A DNA stretch of 64,000 bases from a virus, in IMG/VR virus record IMGVR_UViG_3300003690_003472, positions 32,001-96,000 of that record. The stretch is one strand, 5' to 3'. Of the stretch, positions 30,001-39,061 are shown piece by piece (position 1 is the first letter of the stretch; the number at the start of each line of letters is the position of its first letter). The notes under the pieces were generated by a model. The model was not told the origin of the DNA, did not search any database, and worked only from the letters and a program-made list of their open reading frames with translations. The position numbers and the translations under genes are program-made.

Positions 30001-33000
30001 ATTTTGGAAGCTATATTTACAACAACCTCTACGTACATTTTGGTATACCAAGGGAAGAAGTGGGCGGTATCAGAACAAATCACATTCCGGTGGACTTTGC
30101 AGGGTTAAATACTCTTATTGTTGAGCCGATAACTAGTTCCGAAAATCATTTGGGATATGATCCAAGCCAGGGTATTGGTTATGATCAGACTGGCGACGCC
30201 CCGCCTTGGGATGATACGCACTATTTTAATAATGATTATATTTATGTTCTGAACAGTGATTCTGATGCTACTCGCCCGGGCGGCGCCGCAGGCTTAAATT
30301 CGTTAATACTCCACCGTCAAGGCCCATATGGTTGGCCATCTTGGAAACAGATTAGAGGCGGACAACATCCTATAATGCGCGCACATAAAAAAGAAAATAT
30401 TCAATCATTTTTAAAAACTACTATTATTGATCCCATACCCACAGACGCTTGGAAAGGAGTACAATTAAAATCTGTATTTAATCAAGTTGAACCCCCTATA
30501 ACTTCAAAATTTAATCCACTTAAACACTCGCTGGTGTATAAGAAATCTAATGATAATTCTCAAAAGCCAATAATAATATGGAACTCTTATGGAAATCAAA
30601 AAGGTCACTTTACCGACCCTCCAGATTTTAATATTTCTGGAATTACCAATATTAATAATTCAAACTTTATACACGTTAATGCTGGCAACGCCTCAAACAC
30701 ACTCAACCAAGCGAATCAAAGAATATTAATTTATGATACTTTAAATAAATTTCTTTTAAAATCTTTTGGAGGCTATATTTCAGGTGCGGCCAATCCAATT
30801 AGCGATATTACAAGTTTAGATATATCGGAAACAATATATCCTCGTGAGCATTATACGTATCTAAGTGGAACCAGATCGCGCCTCGTCTTTTCGAATAATT
30901 TTTGGAGAGATTTGCGCGATGATAGAACTCTTACATCTTCTAATGCTAATTCGCAAGGGAATATATTGGAATACGGGTCATCAATGTGGTCCCTTGATGC
31001 AAGAATTGATTTTGCGACTGCACAACCCAACCCTTCAGATTCTACTGGAAAAGAAGGAGAATTACAAAACAATTATAGTTTATTTTTCGATACAGATTAT
31101 CACGACCTTCAAGCTGGTGCGGCTTATATACGCCATGTACCAGAAAGCGCTTCCGTTGGAATATTATATGCAGGAGATACAAAATGGGAAGCAAATACAC
31201 AAGCCGACGTAAATCCATTTTTTAATTCTTTTGAAGAATTTTCAGAAGACACTAGAAGAGTTGGTAAAGATTATGGGATTATACCTGAATTTAGAATTAG
31301 TGAACATATGGAGTTTTATGTTAAGAATAACCCAAAAGCACCAGAAAATTGGACAGTCGATAATGATGGTTGGCTAACATTAACTGGTTCTTCTCCTTCC
31401 GGAAGTCTTGATAGTTCTTTTTATACCATTTATAGTAATAGTGATTTTATGAAATATTTTGAGCCGATTAGAACTGACTATGAGAACACTGCAGTTCCAA
31501 CCACCTTAACGCTAAAATGTAAAGGTATCACTAAGTTTTTACCTTATGATGGTTTTTATCCAGCAGAACGTACGGTTCAACTAGCTCAAATGTTTAGTCA
31601 GTCTTATGGAGTAGGAACAAAAGATCTCGGTACCGGCATGGCATCAAAGATAGTTTCTTTTACGGGGGAAGAAAATTGGAGAACATTATTAACACCGATA
31701 TTCTCACCAGGAATATTATATAATTCAATTAAATCGGGCATGGCAGTTGATTATCCAATTAGTACCACTAATTTTCCGACTATCCGGATGATTGTCACTG
31801 GATCTTCAGAACTTGGCACAAAAGATGACGGCGACCGTCGTTTAAAAGGAACTTTTTATACAAGAATTCCATTTGAAGCCCTCGCATCACCGGAAGTTTT
31901 CTTAAATGGTAAAAAAATTATTGATCTTGAACCACACCCTTCGGCGTCTATTGATAGTACAGGTTCTTTTTATGAACCAGATGATCCATTATTTAAATAT
32001 GCAATGAATAACTTCTTAGCAGAGGTTCCAGCATTCTTTTTAGGTGGCACAGATGGAAAAAACAAGAGCCTGCTCGGCCCATTAAGTACTTTATATTCTG
32101 ATGCAACTGGTGAAAATTCTAAAATTACTGTTGACGGTGGAAAAACATATGTTATGAGAATAATTTGTAGTCATTCTAAAATTACAGATCTACAATCTCT
32201 TAAAGATAATGATGATAGAACAGCCAATTCAGCTTCTTTTGTTTATAATCCGCCCACTATAACATTATATAATCGTTCTTTTGATAGAAGCAAAACAACA
32301 GAACATGGATATTCTGCTTCTTTTGTTGGAGAAAATAATGCCACAGTGGCATATGGCTCTTCTTTTGGTCCTCCTTGTGACGCATCTTCTTCAATCAATG
32401 GTGATGAGGCTAGTTTTGAACCATACACGCCACCCTATTATAATGGTTACAGTCACATAGAATTATCATATACTCCCGACGCAGGCGGCGGCGACGTTTC
32501 TATTAGTGATATTTTGGGTAAAATTGCTGATAGCGAGAGCAGCTATCGAGAACCTTTACGATCTGGCAGTTTATACGCTGGCTCAACAGCCGCTGGTCAA
32601 GGAATGTCTTTGAGCGCATCTTTAAATTATAAACAAGAAATTTCAACCCCCGAAGGACAAAGATGGGTTATTCAACCCAAATGGGAATGTCCCGTATTAG
32701 ATTTTAATGAAGCTTCAATAACGCTCCCAGAATATGGATCTGGCTCTGTTGCAAAGGGTATCTGGCATCAATATGGTAGAATCCCAAAAACCGAAGCTGG
32801 TATATTTATTTCAGTGGAAGATGTTCCATCATCTGAAATAACAGAAGCAAATGGCGCAGAACCATATTCACCTCAAGCAGTTACACAATCTTTAGCACAG
32901 CTGCTTGGATTTAAAGGTTCGGAATCTCCCGATAAACCTCTTAAAATTGGAAAAATACCGGTAGAAGGAAAAACAATATCTGAAGCAATTGTGGCAGTTC

Positions 33001-33878
33001 CATTTGCTTTAAAACAAGGCATTTGTACTAATGAAAAGGGATATTTTAATATACCAGAGAAAACTATTCAATGGGCAAGTGCAATTGTAGAAGGAAAAGA
33101 GATGTTTTTAGATTTTGATATGAAAGCAATCGAACATTTAAAACCAGCACAATCAGTAAAAACCATGGTGGAAATGATGAAAAAATATGTTTTGCCTCCT
33201 AAGTTTGATTTTTTAAATTTTCCGGAAGAGGTTGATCCATTTGCAATGGTGTTTTTTGAATTTAAAATGGATTTAAAACAAGAAGATCTAGTTAATATTT
33301 GGCAAAATTTACCTCCCGTTGCAGATCGTAAAAATGCCCCAACAGTTAAACAATGTGCTAATGCTATTGGAAGTATTGAGCTTGATTTGTTGAGTGGTCT
33401 TGAACAGTTAGATCCGGATCACAAAAACTGGCTTGAGGGTAAACCATACAAAGGGTTTGGCCTATTAAATGAAAAAGCCGTTGATCACGGCGTTACTGGT
33501 GATCTATTAATAAAGTTTCCAAGTGATATTCAGTGGTTAGTTTTTAAGGTTAAACAAAGGGCTGCCACTAATTATTTTGATTTAACTGCTAAAAAAGATT
33601 ATGTAACTAACAAATCTGGAAAACCGTTAATTAGTTATATAGACAAGGACATTCCTCCATGTAGTTATAATTGGCCTTATGACTTTTGTTCTATAGTAGA
33701 ATTAGCAAAAATTGAAAGTATAATAAAACTTGAACCTAAAGTATTTCACGCATTTGATCTAGGAGAGCCTCCTGCCTTTAAGGACCAAACAGAAAAAGAA
33801 GAAGCAACAGACGAGTATGGACCACCAGAAGCCGAAGATCCAGATGAATATTCTGAAGAAGAAGAGGGTGCACTATGA
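24012..33878 (+). CDS. Giant (3288 aa) baseplate wedge protein (gp7/P2 gpI-like) with several LamG domains
   Basis: IYKTKGTEKSFRNLIHCFG (P2 gpI/gp7-type motif); LamG motifs TVEFW, WHHYAFTF, SGSLDEFRFW and SISAWV...WVHICATYD...FIDE. Confidence 0.75.
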   Translation: MAMDYKKLYEENQIILTNASPEKLKIDAESVEYMREYFKRKDRFVPPVNFSDPKNFARFGSAEKYYIDAIDRIYQTYPYDGSLKERVQWELSSSYFDLYIFDEVYPRTNGYIIFSADGWSSQSDVHEDYGEPTTKEYIFSKGGPNTSKRSKDKGIRDVSGDYSSGYANFWEPKKNRECNLKIGGVDGNTVEFWMKKSDFIPTLTGREVIFDAYTENYISSSLNYGRLTIEMTSSADAAPFRITYMSGTSGFADEIIGSSLTTASVADDSWHHYAFTFKNNPKDTSEIEANFYFDGVCNETILTGSSVDYVSSSVNAIIGALSTAPSGSVGTAAAIGLGWGKLSGSLDEFRFWKTKRTSNQINRYMIEPVGGGTNTDDANTDLGVYYKFNEGITQTASIDENILDYSGRISNGSFVGYGSTARNVGSAMISSGLVDHEFKDPILYNFHPDVQNLREDKKQIGLMHDYSNNASIYHSLPTWITEENGDAEYSPLRNLIQIMGSYFDTISQQIEAISYLKHKNYLSSSFKPYPFADRLLQSIGFTEFPELFSDATALEYFLSRNEKTLFEKKLYDVKNSIYQNIYNNIVYIYKTKGTEKSFRNLIHCFGLGDEIYRINTYGNRVKYRLKDNFKTTSEYKKYVNFTLTGTAEASVFPYSASTNFNSQAAISASNGDNLSYLSFTMENEVFFPIRHSLADSNTTVSTKKGPSRQFRTTVPYITASLFGIHQIDADSAGNDLTWASSDYANFQVQLFKSSDFSKRAKFVLRGTGDSVIGPLELESDYIDDVFDDTRWTFSVSVRPGLFSQSELVSGSNDPNYKVEFYGVEKVIDTVRNEFLITGTLSTTDGQRFMTNPKAPFIGAHRTNFSGTLQEKTDGNMSSTRVWLSYLPTGTLKQHNQDVKNYGTDHPYRSNYLYPTSLTETRVPQIDTLVLNWTFDNITGSDSSGEFLGEDFSSGSTSKQERYGWFGEIVGKQYLPKGIDFPANTSFLINKKYVYSAKKQLPEIINSSDMVNILQDDDRFFNKVDLLRPTNSYLSIEKSMYQTISEEMVKMFSTIKDFNNLIGEPVNKYRDDYKHMSKLRQLFFERVGNTPDLDKYIDFYKWVDITLDTLLGYLVPASGDISDEYGSNVRTMVENHLLQRNKYKWQYPTLEDKTPDIEGNVLGIKELLYNWEFGTPPLPDSPLDQSQDCRWWKERAERTQGDLSSGDSYVDSDRQTILDTIMNETNASAPILAKSSSSGIETYAGSTYAIRKLARPYQFKTDQVDTQKNALTSYQNKNVGFFGPINQFRAGAIYGIIQVDEDDFYSFKDCDDDLELNNGKRKYSFTARSKILREAFLYNDKSLAFPGGAAPWDDHQALISDSDSLSFGADGTIGNEPSFSISAWVYMTDASNFAIFSKAQSTTREYALDTGGSDNLIFRIYDSAHTVYIGVTTFGAFGALTAYENQWVHICATYDASRAYTGMKLYINGAAISTAQSDAGSYTAMHNTGEDAQFGRMYDAQALMTTGFIDETSAFNKELSSAEVLELYNDGVVFDLEESFSAAANLVSWWRMGDKATGTSPDYTIPDQIGSNDVAMSNFDGTSTSGVVNKAAPTVTFEVDDYDDEYKGDKILPFNLYSSSIEGGVNEFIDDNFKEGVDITNLHLDTYSPDYEIPIQSTFTERFVGGHPHRHVYTNFAPDNDTPDTSAERLEGWKLDINSNSLKVLNADYGNANFPRSRFLRDEYAKRPINIKNIQMTTGSDGYIDPDNTTKIGNYTSKYELVMTSGRSINNRYFVKNGGITTSSIDSKTIEGVMEYSLPGALKSDVVRTQVTNNSLTSSARNDYIIVNRFAAPGDPTTMTLAYLDVASQEYSTYNAMTWRNLIVRQDLNEQYTDHTKQFGYFSDTQNSASYALAGETYPGTSGSVNALNYEGSASFHKVNRNSRRVIKLDSSDTYISGTVYDNWFVQHQIPQSDLQYAWITASVINDYTGSALYGFEQPDFSNASLASTDITFCSASDFGSYIYNNLYVHFGIPREEVGGIRTNHIPVDFAGLNTLIVEPITSSENHLGYDPSQGIGYDQTGDAPPWDDTHYFNNDYIYVLNSDSDATRPGGAAGLNSLILHRQGPYGWPSWKQIRGGQHPIMRAHKKENIQSFLKTTIIDPIPTDAWKGVQLKSVFNQVEPPITSKFNPLKHSLVYKKSNDNSQKPIIIWNSYGNQKGHFTDPPDFNISGITNINNSNFIHVNAGNASNTLNQANQRILIYDTLNKFLLKSFGGYISGAANPISDITSLDISETIYPREHYTYLSGTRSRLVFSNNFWRDLRDDRTLTSSNANSQGNILEYGSSMWSLDARIDFATAQPNPSDSTGKEGELQNNYSLFFDTDYHDLQAGAAYIRHVPESASVGILYAGDTKWEANTQADVNPFFNSFEEFSEDTRRVGKDYGIIPEFRISEHMEFYVKNNPKAPENWTVDNDGWLTLTGSSPSGSLDSSFYTIYSNSDFMKYFEPIRTDYENTAVPTTLTLKCKGITKFLPYDGFYPAERTVQLAQMFSQSYGVGTKDLGTGMASKIVSFTGEENWRTLLTPIFSPGILYNSIKSGMAVDYPISTTNFPTIRMIVTGSSELGTKDDGDRRLKGTFYTRIPFEALASPEVFLNGKKIIDLEPHPSASIDSTGSFYEPDDPLFKYAMNNFLAEVPAFFLGGTDGKNKSLLGPLSTLYSDATGENSKITVDGGKTYVMRIICSHSKITDLQSLKDNDDRTANSASFVYNPPTITLYNRSFDRSKTTEHGYSASFVGENNATVAYGSSFGPPCDASSSINGDEASFEPYTPPYYNGYSHIELSYTPDAGGGDVSISDILGKIADSESSYREPLRSGSLYAGSTAAGQGMSLSASLNYKQEISTPEGQRWVIQPKWECPVLDFNEASITLPEYGSGSVAKGIWHQYGRIPKTEAGIFISVEDVPSSEITEANGAEPYSPQAVTQSLAQLLGFKGSESPDKPLKIGKIPVEGKTISEAIVAVPFALKQGICTNEKGYFNIPEKTIQWASAIVEGKEMFLDFDMKAIEHLKPAQSVKTMVEMMKKYVLPPKFDFLNFPEEVDPFAMVFFEFKMDLKQEDLVNIWQNLPPVADRKNAPTVKQCANAIGSIELDLLSGLEQLDPDHKNWLEGKPYKGFGLLNEKAVDHGVTGDLLIKFPSDIQWLVFKVKQRAATNYFDLTAKKDYVTNKSGKPLISYIDKDIPPCSYNWPYDFCSIVELAKIESIIKLEPKVFHAFDLGEPPAFKDQTEKEEATDEYGPPEAEDPDEYSEEEEGAL

Positions 33879-33958
33879 AATGCGTCACGCAAAAGACCCT
33901 CGCACCGACAGATTCGCGAATACGCTGCAGCGGTAATCTAGGGAGTAATTACTCATGA
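33875..33958 (+). CDS. 27-aa bridging mini-ORF (MKCVTQKTLAPTDSRIRCSGNLGSNYS)
   Basis: ATG at 33875 overlaps the upstream stop (ATGA), and its TGA at 33956-33958 overlaps the downstream ATG at 33955 (ATGA). Confidence 0.35.
   Translation: MKCVTQKTLAPTDSRIRCSGNLGSNYS
33881..33954. repeat. Cluster of four palindromes in a 74-bp GC-rich intergenic gap
   Basis: TGCGT-C-ACGCA 33881-33891, ATTCGCGAAT 33912-33921, CGCTGCAGCG 33923-33932, GAGTAATTACTC 33943-33954. Confidence 0.9.
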
Positions 33959-35010
33959 CATTTTTAGATCCAAAAGAACAGGTTATTGATATACAGTTAA
34001 CTTCTTATGGAAGATATACATTGTCGCTTGGAAAATTTAACCCTACACATTATGCTTTTTTTGATAATGATATTATATATGATAGACAATTTGTTACAGG
34101 TACGGCCCCAGAACTTCAAAACAATATTGAACCACGCATACAAGAAAATACGCCGCGTTTAGGTGCCCAAACATTATATAGAGGCGCTCAAGTTGGAGTA
34201 TTTTCAGAAAATGGAGAGCATGTTAATAATTTAATGCCAGGAGTTGTTGCAGCCACAGATAAACAATCATCTGATTTTTTACTTGAAACTCCGGAAAATT
34301 CTTATATTCTTGCAGAGCCTATTGGAAATTCTTCTTTTAATTCTGATAATATAGCAGCTTGGAATGTTGGGTTTCTCAAAGCGCCTCTAGATAGCGCCTC
34401 CGGATCTTGGACTGGCGCCAGCGAAGAAATACCAACAACTTTTATTCCACAGTTAAATTGTGATGTTAAATATCAGTTTAACCTTTATCCTCCAAGCGAT
34501 AAATTAAGTGGAGATATTATTAATAAAACTATAACTGTAATGGAAGGTGGAATAGGAGATGATCCTGATGAAGATCTTGTGATTTTTGGGGATGATTCAT
34601 TTGCGGTATTTGAAAAAGATTATGCACTTTTAAAAGTAGAGGAGGATAATACTCAATTTGTAAAAGACAATCTTGAATTAGAAGTTTATAGAATATTAGT
34701 GGAAGCCTTTAAAGAAACAAAACCGGATGGAACAGTTGTATATCACCCAGAGGTTAAAGAAAAACTTTATTTTACTGATGAATATGCTAGTAACGTAGAA
34801 GATACTAAATTAGTAGAATATTATTTTGATATAGCAACTGATTTTGATATTGATCAGCAAGAATATTGTAGACTTAGAAAACAAAAAGAACACATTAAAG
34901 ACATTTATATTGATCAAATATTTGAATGTGAAGAAAAAAAGTCAACTTTACAATCATTAAATATTTATAATACAGACGAAAATATAGATATAGAGGGGGT
35001 ATGTGACTAG
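33955..35010 (+). CDS. Tail/baseplate structural protein (N-terminus paralogous to 43628..44593)
   Basis: MTFLDPKEQVIDIQLTSYGR..L..G.F....YAFFDNDIIYD; located in the structural block. Confidence 0.65.
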   Translation: MTFLDPKEQVIDIQLTSYGRYTLSLGKFNPTHYAFFDNDIIYDRQFVTGTAPELQNNIEPRIQENTPRLGAQTLYRGAQVGVFSENGEHVNNLMPGVVAATDKQSSDFLLETPENSYILAEPIGNSSFNSDNIAAWNVGFLKAPLDSASGSWTGASEEIPTTFIPQLNCDVKYQFNLYPPSDKLSGDIINKTITVMEGGIGDDPDEDLVIFGDDSFAVFEKDYALLKVEEDNTQFVKDNLELEVYRILVEAFKETKPDGTVVYHPEVKEKLYFTDEYASNVEDTKLVEYYFDIATDFDIDQQEYCRLRKQKEHIKDIYIDQIFECEEKKSTLQSLNIYNTDENIDIEGVCD

Positions 35011-38000
35011 TGACACAGAATTATAATTTCAATGGTCTTTTTGGTTCTATACTACCAAATGTTTATATTGATAAAATAACCTTAGAAGGTGCTGATGCAT
35101 CTGTTAAAAAGGCATCTGCTAATAAACAGTCTGCAATTGAACTACATATTAAGCCCAGAAAAAAAGATGATAAGTTTGGCTGGACGGGAAACCCAACTGC
35201 AGATAAATATATCGACAGCAATATTTTAAGGATCACTTATAATTTATTTTTAGAAGTTTCCGACATCAATAAAGCATTTACTGGCGTATTTAAAGGCATC
35301 ACCCAACCCGGCGGCCTCTTTGAACACATTAATCTTTCTGTGGTAACTTTTAGCGGCATAAAAGGAAGAAAAGCTTATTTAGCTGCACTCAATAAACAGA
35401 CAGTCGGGTTGAAAGACGGCGGCAGCGAAGTTTCTAGCATAGATAAGGTAATTGCTGACTTCGTTGCCAAGAATTATAGTGGGCTTTTATATCAACAGGG
35501 ATTAGAATATGGAAAAGACTATACATATACTGGTGAAAGCGTTTGGAGTTCTATACCGGGTAATCCATCCACCCTTTTAAATACGGCCCAAATAGATCCA
35601 TCAAATTATTCAGCCTTTCTTGAACACACCAAGGATCAATACAGATATCATATGCCAAATGGCACTATAGTTTATAAAATTCCAATTCGCATAGTACAAG
35701 AATTATATGGAGAAGTATATCCAGATCACCTATCCGCAATTGCTACATGTACTTTAGATACAGAATATATGCAACACGCTGCATGGGATAAAATTCCAAC
35801 GGAAGTCAAAACACTTGAGATGGCCATTGGAGTTAGTAATTTATTTGGCGCCATGATAAAGCATGGCAGACATGCAACAGAAGTCATTATTGATGCTGGA
35901 AAAACGGTACAAAAAGGAATGATGTTTTATATCTCTGAAAACCAGGGAGATACAACAAAATTTAATCACATGAAAGGTGATTTATGGTTTGGAGGCGTAC
36001 ATAAAGATACGCTTCCGGACGGTACAATGAAATATATGGCCGGTAACAATCATGATAATAATCTACATCCTATTTTAGAATATATCTTAGTAGATAATAA
36101 AAGGATTTTGGATTTTAGGCAGATTACAACCATAAAGAAAACAATATTAAACTTTCAAAAAACAAGTGATAGTATATTTGGAGGAAGTTATTATAATTTA
36201 CAGTCTAAAGTAAGTGTGGCTGATTTTAGTGAAATAGCTTGTTTTTCAAATTTGATATCATCAATCCAACGAGGAACATCTGAAAACCCAAATGTTTCTA
36301 TTAAATTATTTTTTACCATTGACTGGGGGAAATTAATTAAAAGGTATTCATTAATTCCTGGTCTTTTAGATTTAGAGTCGTCAATAATTGAAACCTTTGG
36401 GAGTTTACATGATTCAATGCTTTCTTTTAAAATATATAGAGAAAGATTAAATGTAGCACACAACATCGTAAACCAAAATAATCGGAAATTAATTTATGAT
36501 GGATATCCAAAAATATTTTATTATGGCAGGGGTGGTGCAACAAAACTCTTCTTGGATGCGGGCGACGAGAAAATATATAATAAACCAATTTCTGCACTAG
36601 TACCAGTTAATCTAAACTATGGGAAAGGGGGGTTACCTGTTGCTGCGAATTTACAACATTATACTTTTACTGATTATGATGTCACGGCTGCCGCTTCAGA
36701 ACCTGGCGAATCTATTCAAAATGGTCAATTTAAATATTCTATTGAGGTTGAATTTCATGATCCTACACTAGATTTTCTTATGTTACATTACAACACAATT
36801 GAAGAAGCTATTCAACCTTTAGAAGAATATGTAGCAGCTGCAAATGGCAGTCACCATACTCTAAATAGCGGAAAACCGGTCAATTTTTTTAATGCGTATA
36901 CCGGCAAATATAGTAAAGCTTGGCAAAATGAAATGGCGGGGCATTATTCGGCAAATGAACAAAATTATAAGAAAGCATTCCAGTCGGCATGGGAACTAAT
37001 AAATATAATGAGGTTCCTTTCTCCCACGTCTGGTATATCTGGTGAAGTAGAAGATTGGCCTGCAACTATACAGACTTTTTTAAGCCCCGATAGTGCAACT
37101 CCGGAGGGAATAATCGTAGCTTTTGATATGTTAAATACTATTTTTAAGCAATTGGAAAAGCTTATAAATTCTTTTTCTACTAGGAATATACCTAAAGTGG
37201 AGGCAACTACTCAGGAAAATGATGATGGAACAACATCTCCTGTTATGCAACACTTTACCAAAGACCCACTTGGAAGCGCGCTTCCAAAAAGAAAAATCAA
37301 AGTAATATATGATTTTGATTCTCCCGAAGAAATTGTTGATACTACCAATCGAGACGCTGGATATGATTATTTTGGAAATATAGTAAATCGATCTGAAAAT
37401 TCTATTGGTCTTAAAGTAATTAGTAAATTTGATTATGATTATAAATCAGATCAAGAATTTGCAAAATATTTTTACACAAATATCGCTACCGGTAAGTTAC
37501 CATTTTTACTTGATTCTAATAAACAAAAATATATGATTGAAGTATACCCAGGCGCTAACAAAGGGAGATACTTTACTGTACCGAAAGGTTATACTTTTTT
37601 ACCAAATTATTTCGTTGATCCTAATACTGAAAATGTTTATTGGCAGGTTATTAATAATATAATTCGATATAAATCAAATTTGCCTGGAAATTCAAAAGAC
37701 GACGCCATGCTAGGATATGGCCCCAATGATACAATTCCTGGTTTTTTCGCCATAACTAAACAAATGGAAAGAATTCTTAAAGACTATCAAACGCTAGCTT
37801 CTCAAGGTGCTTATTTTTCACACAGCACAATAGTAGATCCAATGGTCGATCCTGAAGTAGTGGATGAAAAGCCTCCGGTACCAGATGGCGCGCCAGATGG
37901 TGAAAAAAAACCGAAGAACGACGCCCAGACTGTGTCAGAGATGAAAATTCCGTGGGCAAAAAATTATGGTCAAGAAAAGCTTTTATTATCTTTAATTTGT

Positions 38001-39011
38001 GCTAATGCCTTTAATCTAGATGTGCTTGATGCATCATTAGGAACTTTTAATTGTGGCACTAAAGGATCTCGAATTCAGCATTTAATTAATATTATAGCAA
38101 CAAAATATGTAATACTCAACGGCCCACAAAGCGCCGTTAAGCAGATTATAACACCATATATAAAGAATCTTCCACTACAAATTTTAGCTTTAATGTATAA
38201 TCACTCTCTCAACGAACAACACCTTAAAGAATCGTTTCGATACAATATTACTGGCGGAGATCCACTTTTATATGACGAAGGTATAGGCAACGCAGGACCC
38301 ACGGGTGCGGGTTTTATTGGTGATACTGATGATGATACAATGTATCTAGATAAATTTGGACAATTTTGGTTTAGCCATCAAAATTTAGGAGAAATAGAAT
38401 ATTTATCTGGATATCAACAAACTACAAAAATACCTCCTATTGAAATGAAAGCTTATATAAATCCAGAAACAGCACTTCCTCACAAGGCAGCATTTGGCTC
38501 TGTTTACCCAAGTTCGAATAAAGAAACAAGCAATATTGAAAAATATGAATATGACTATAATAGTTATGTTAATTCTCCTGTTTGGAAACCACTAACGGTG
38601 GGACAATTAAATAATTTTAAAATTGATGCCGCGCTCATTGTAGGTGGCCACGTTTTGTGTAGAATAAAAAAGTATAAAAATTCAACGTTTAATTCAATAC
38701 CATATGATGTATTATCTTTACCACTTTATGATGAATACTTTTTTATTGCGCAAGAAGAACTAAATATAAATCAAAATGCAAATTTTATGAGCACTCCAAA
38801 TCCGGATGTAATAATGAATGATCCAAAGCCAGTACCAGCTGCAGTTGGCGAACCACCACAACAAGGAGAAAAAGATAAAGAATATTGTGAAGAAAATCCG
38901 GACGATCCGGACTGTATAGCCCAACAGGAAGCTGCAGGATTTTTCGATTGTCCGGACGGTTTCGTTCCCGATGGCTTCGGCGGCTGCGTGGAAGAACAAT
39001 CCGGGATTTAA
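35010..39011 (+). CDS. Large (1333 aa) structural protein
   Basis: Long ORF, GTG start overlapping the upstream TAG; N-terminal LPNVYIDKITLE; acidic Cys-containing tail. Confidence 0.7.
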   Translation: MTQNYNFNGLFGSILPNVYIDKITLEGADASVKKASANKQSAIELHIKPRKKDDKFGWTGNPTADKYIDSNILRITYNLFLEVSDINKAFTGVFKGITQPGGLFEHINLSVVTFSGIKGRKAYLAALNKQTVGLKDGGSEVSSIDKVIADFVAKNYSGLLYQQGLEYGKDYTYTGESVWSSIPGNPSTLLNTAQIDPSNYSAFLEHTKDQYRYHMPNGTIVYKIPIRIVQELYGEVYPDHLSAIATCTLDTEYMQHAAWDKIPTEVKTLEMAIGVSNLFGAMIKHGRHATEVIIDAGKTVQKGMMFYISENQGDTTKFNHMKGDLWFGGVHKDTLPDGTMKYMAGNNHDNNLHPILEYILVDNKRILDFRQITTIKKTILNFQKTSDSIFGGSYYNLQSKVSVADFSEIACFSNLISSIQRGTSENPNVSIKLFFTIDWGKLIKRYSLIPGLLDLESSIIETFGSLHDSMLSFKIYRERLNVAHNIVNQNNRKLIYDGYPKIFYYGRGGATKLFLDAGDEKIYNKPISALVPVNLNYGKGGLPVAANLQHYTFTDYDVTAAASEPGESIQNGQFKYSIEVEFHDPTLDFLMLHYNTIEEAIQPLEEYVAAANGSHHTLNSGKPVNFFNAYTGKYSKAWQNEMAGHYSANEQNYKKAFQSAWELINIMRFLSPTSGISGEVEDWPATIQTFLSPDSATPEGIIVAFDMLNTIFKQLEKLINSFSTRNIPKVEATTQENDDGTTSPVMQHFTKDPLGSALPKRKIKVIYDFDSPEEIVDTTNRDAGYDYFGNIVNRSENSIGLKVISKFDYDYKSDQEFAKYFYTNIATGKLPFLLDSNKQKYMIEVYPGANKGRYFTVPKGYTFLPNYFVDPNTENVYWQVINNIIRYKSNLPGNSKDDAMLGYGPNDTIPGFFAITKQMERILKDYQTLASQGAYFSHSTIVDPMVDPEVVDEKPPVPDGAPDGEKKPKNDAQTVSEMKIPWAKNYGQEKLLLSLICANAFNLDVLDASLGTFNCGTKGSRIQHLINIIATKYVILNGPQSAVKQIITPYIKNLPLQILALMYNHSLNEQHLKESFRYNITGGDPLLYDEGIGNAGPTGAGFIGDTDDDTMYLDKFGQFWFSHQNLGEIEYLSGYQQTTKIPPIEMKAYINPETALPHKAAFGSVYPSSNKETSNIEKYEYDYNSYVNSPVWKPLTVGQLNNFKIDAALIVGGHVLCRIKKYKNSTFNSIPYDVLSLPLYDEYFFIAQEELNINQNANFMSTPNPDVIMNDPKPVPAAVGEPPQQGEKDKEYCEENPDDPDCIAQQEAAGFFDCPDGFVPDGFGGCVEEQSGI

Positions 39012-39025
39012 ACAAGTGCAAAAAA

Positions 39026-39033
39026 TATAAATA
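39026..39033 (+). promoter_or_regulatory. TATAAATA, T4-type late promoter-like octamer
   Basis: Exact T4 late consensus in the intergenic gap, 28 nt before ATG 39062; chance occurrence is plausible in AT-rich DNA. Confidence 0.3.
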
Positions 39034-39061
39034 AAAGATATTTATAAAGAGAGGATTAGAT

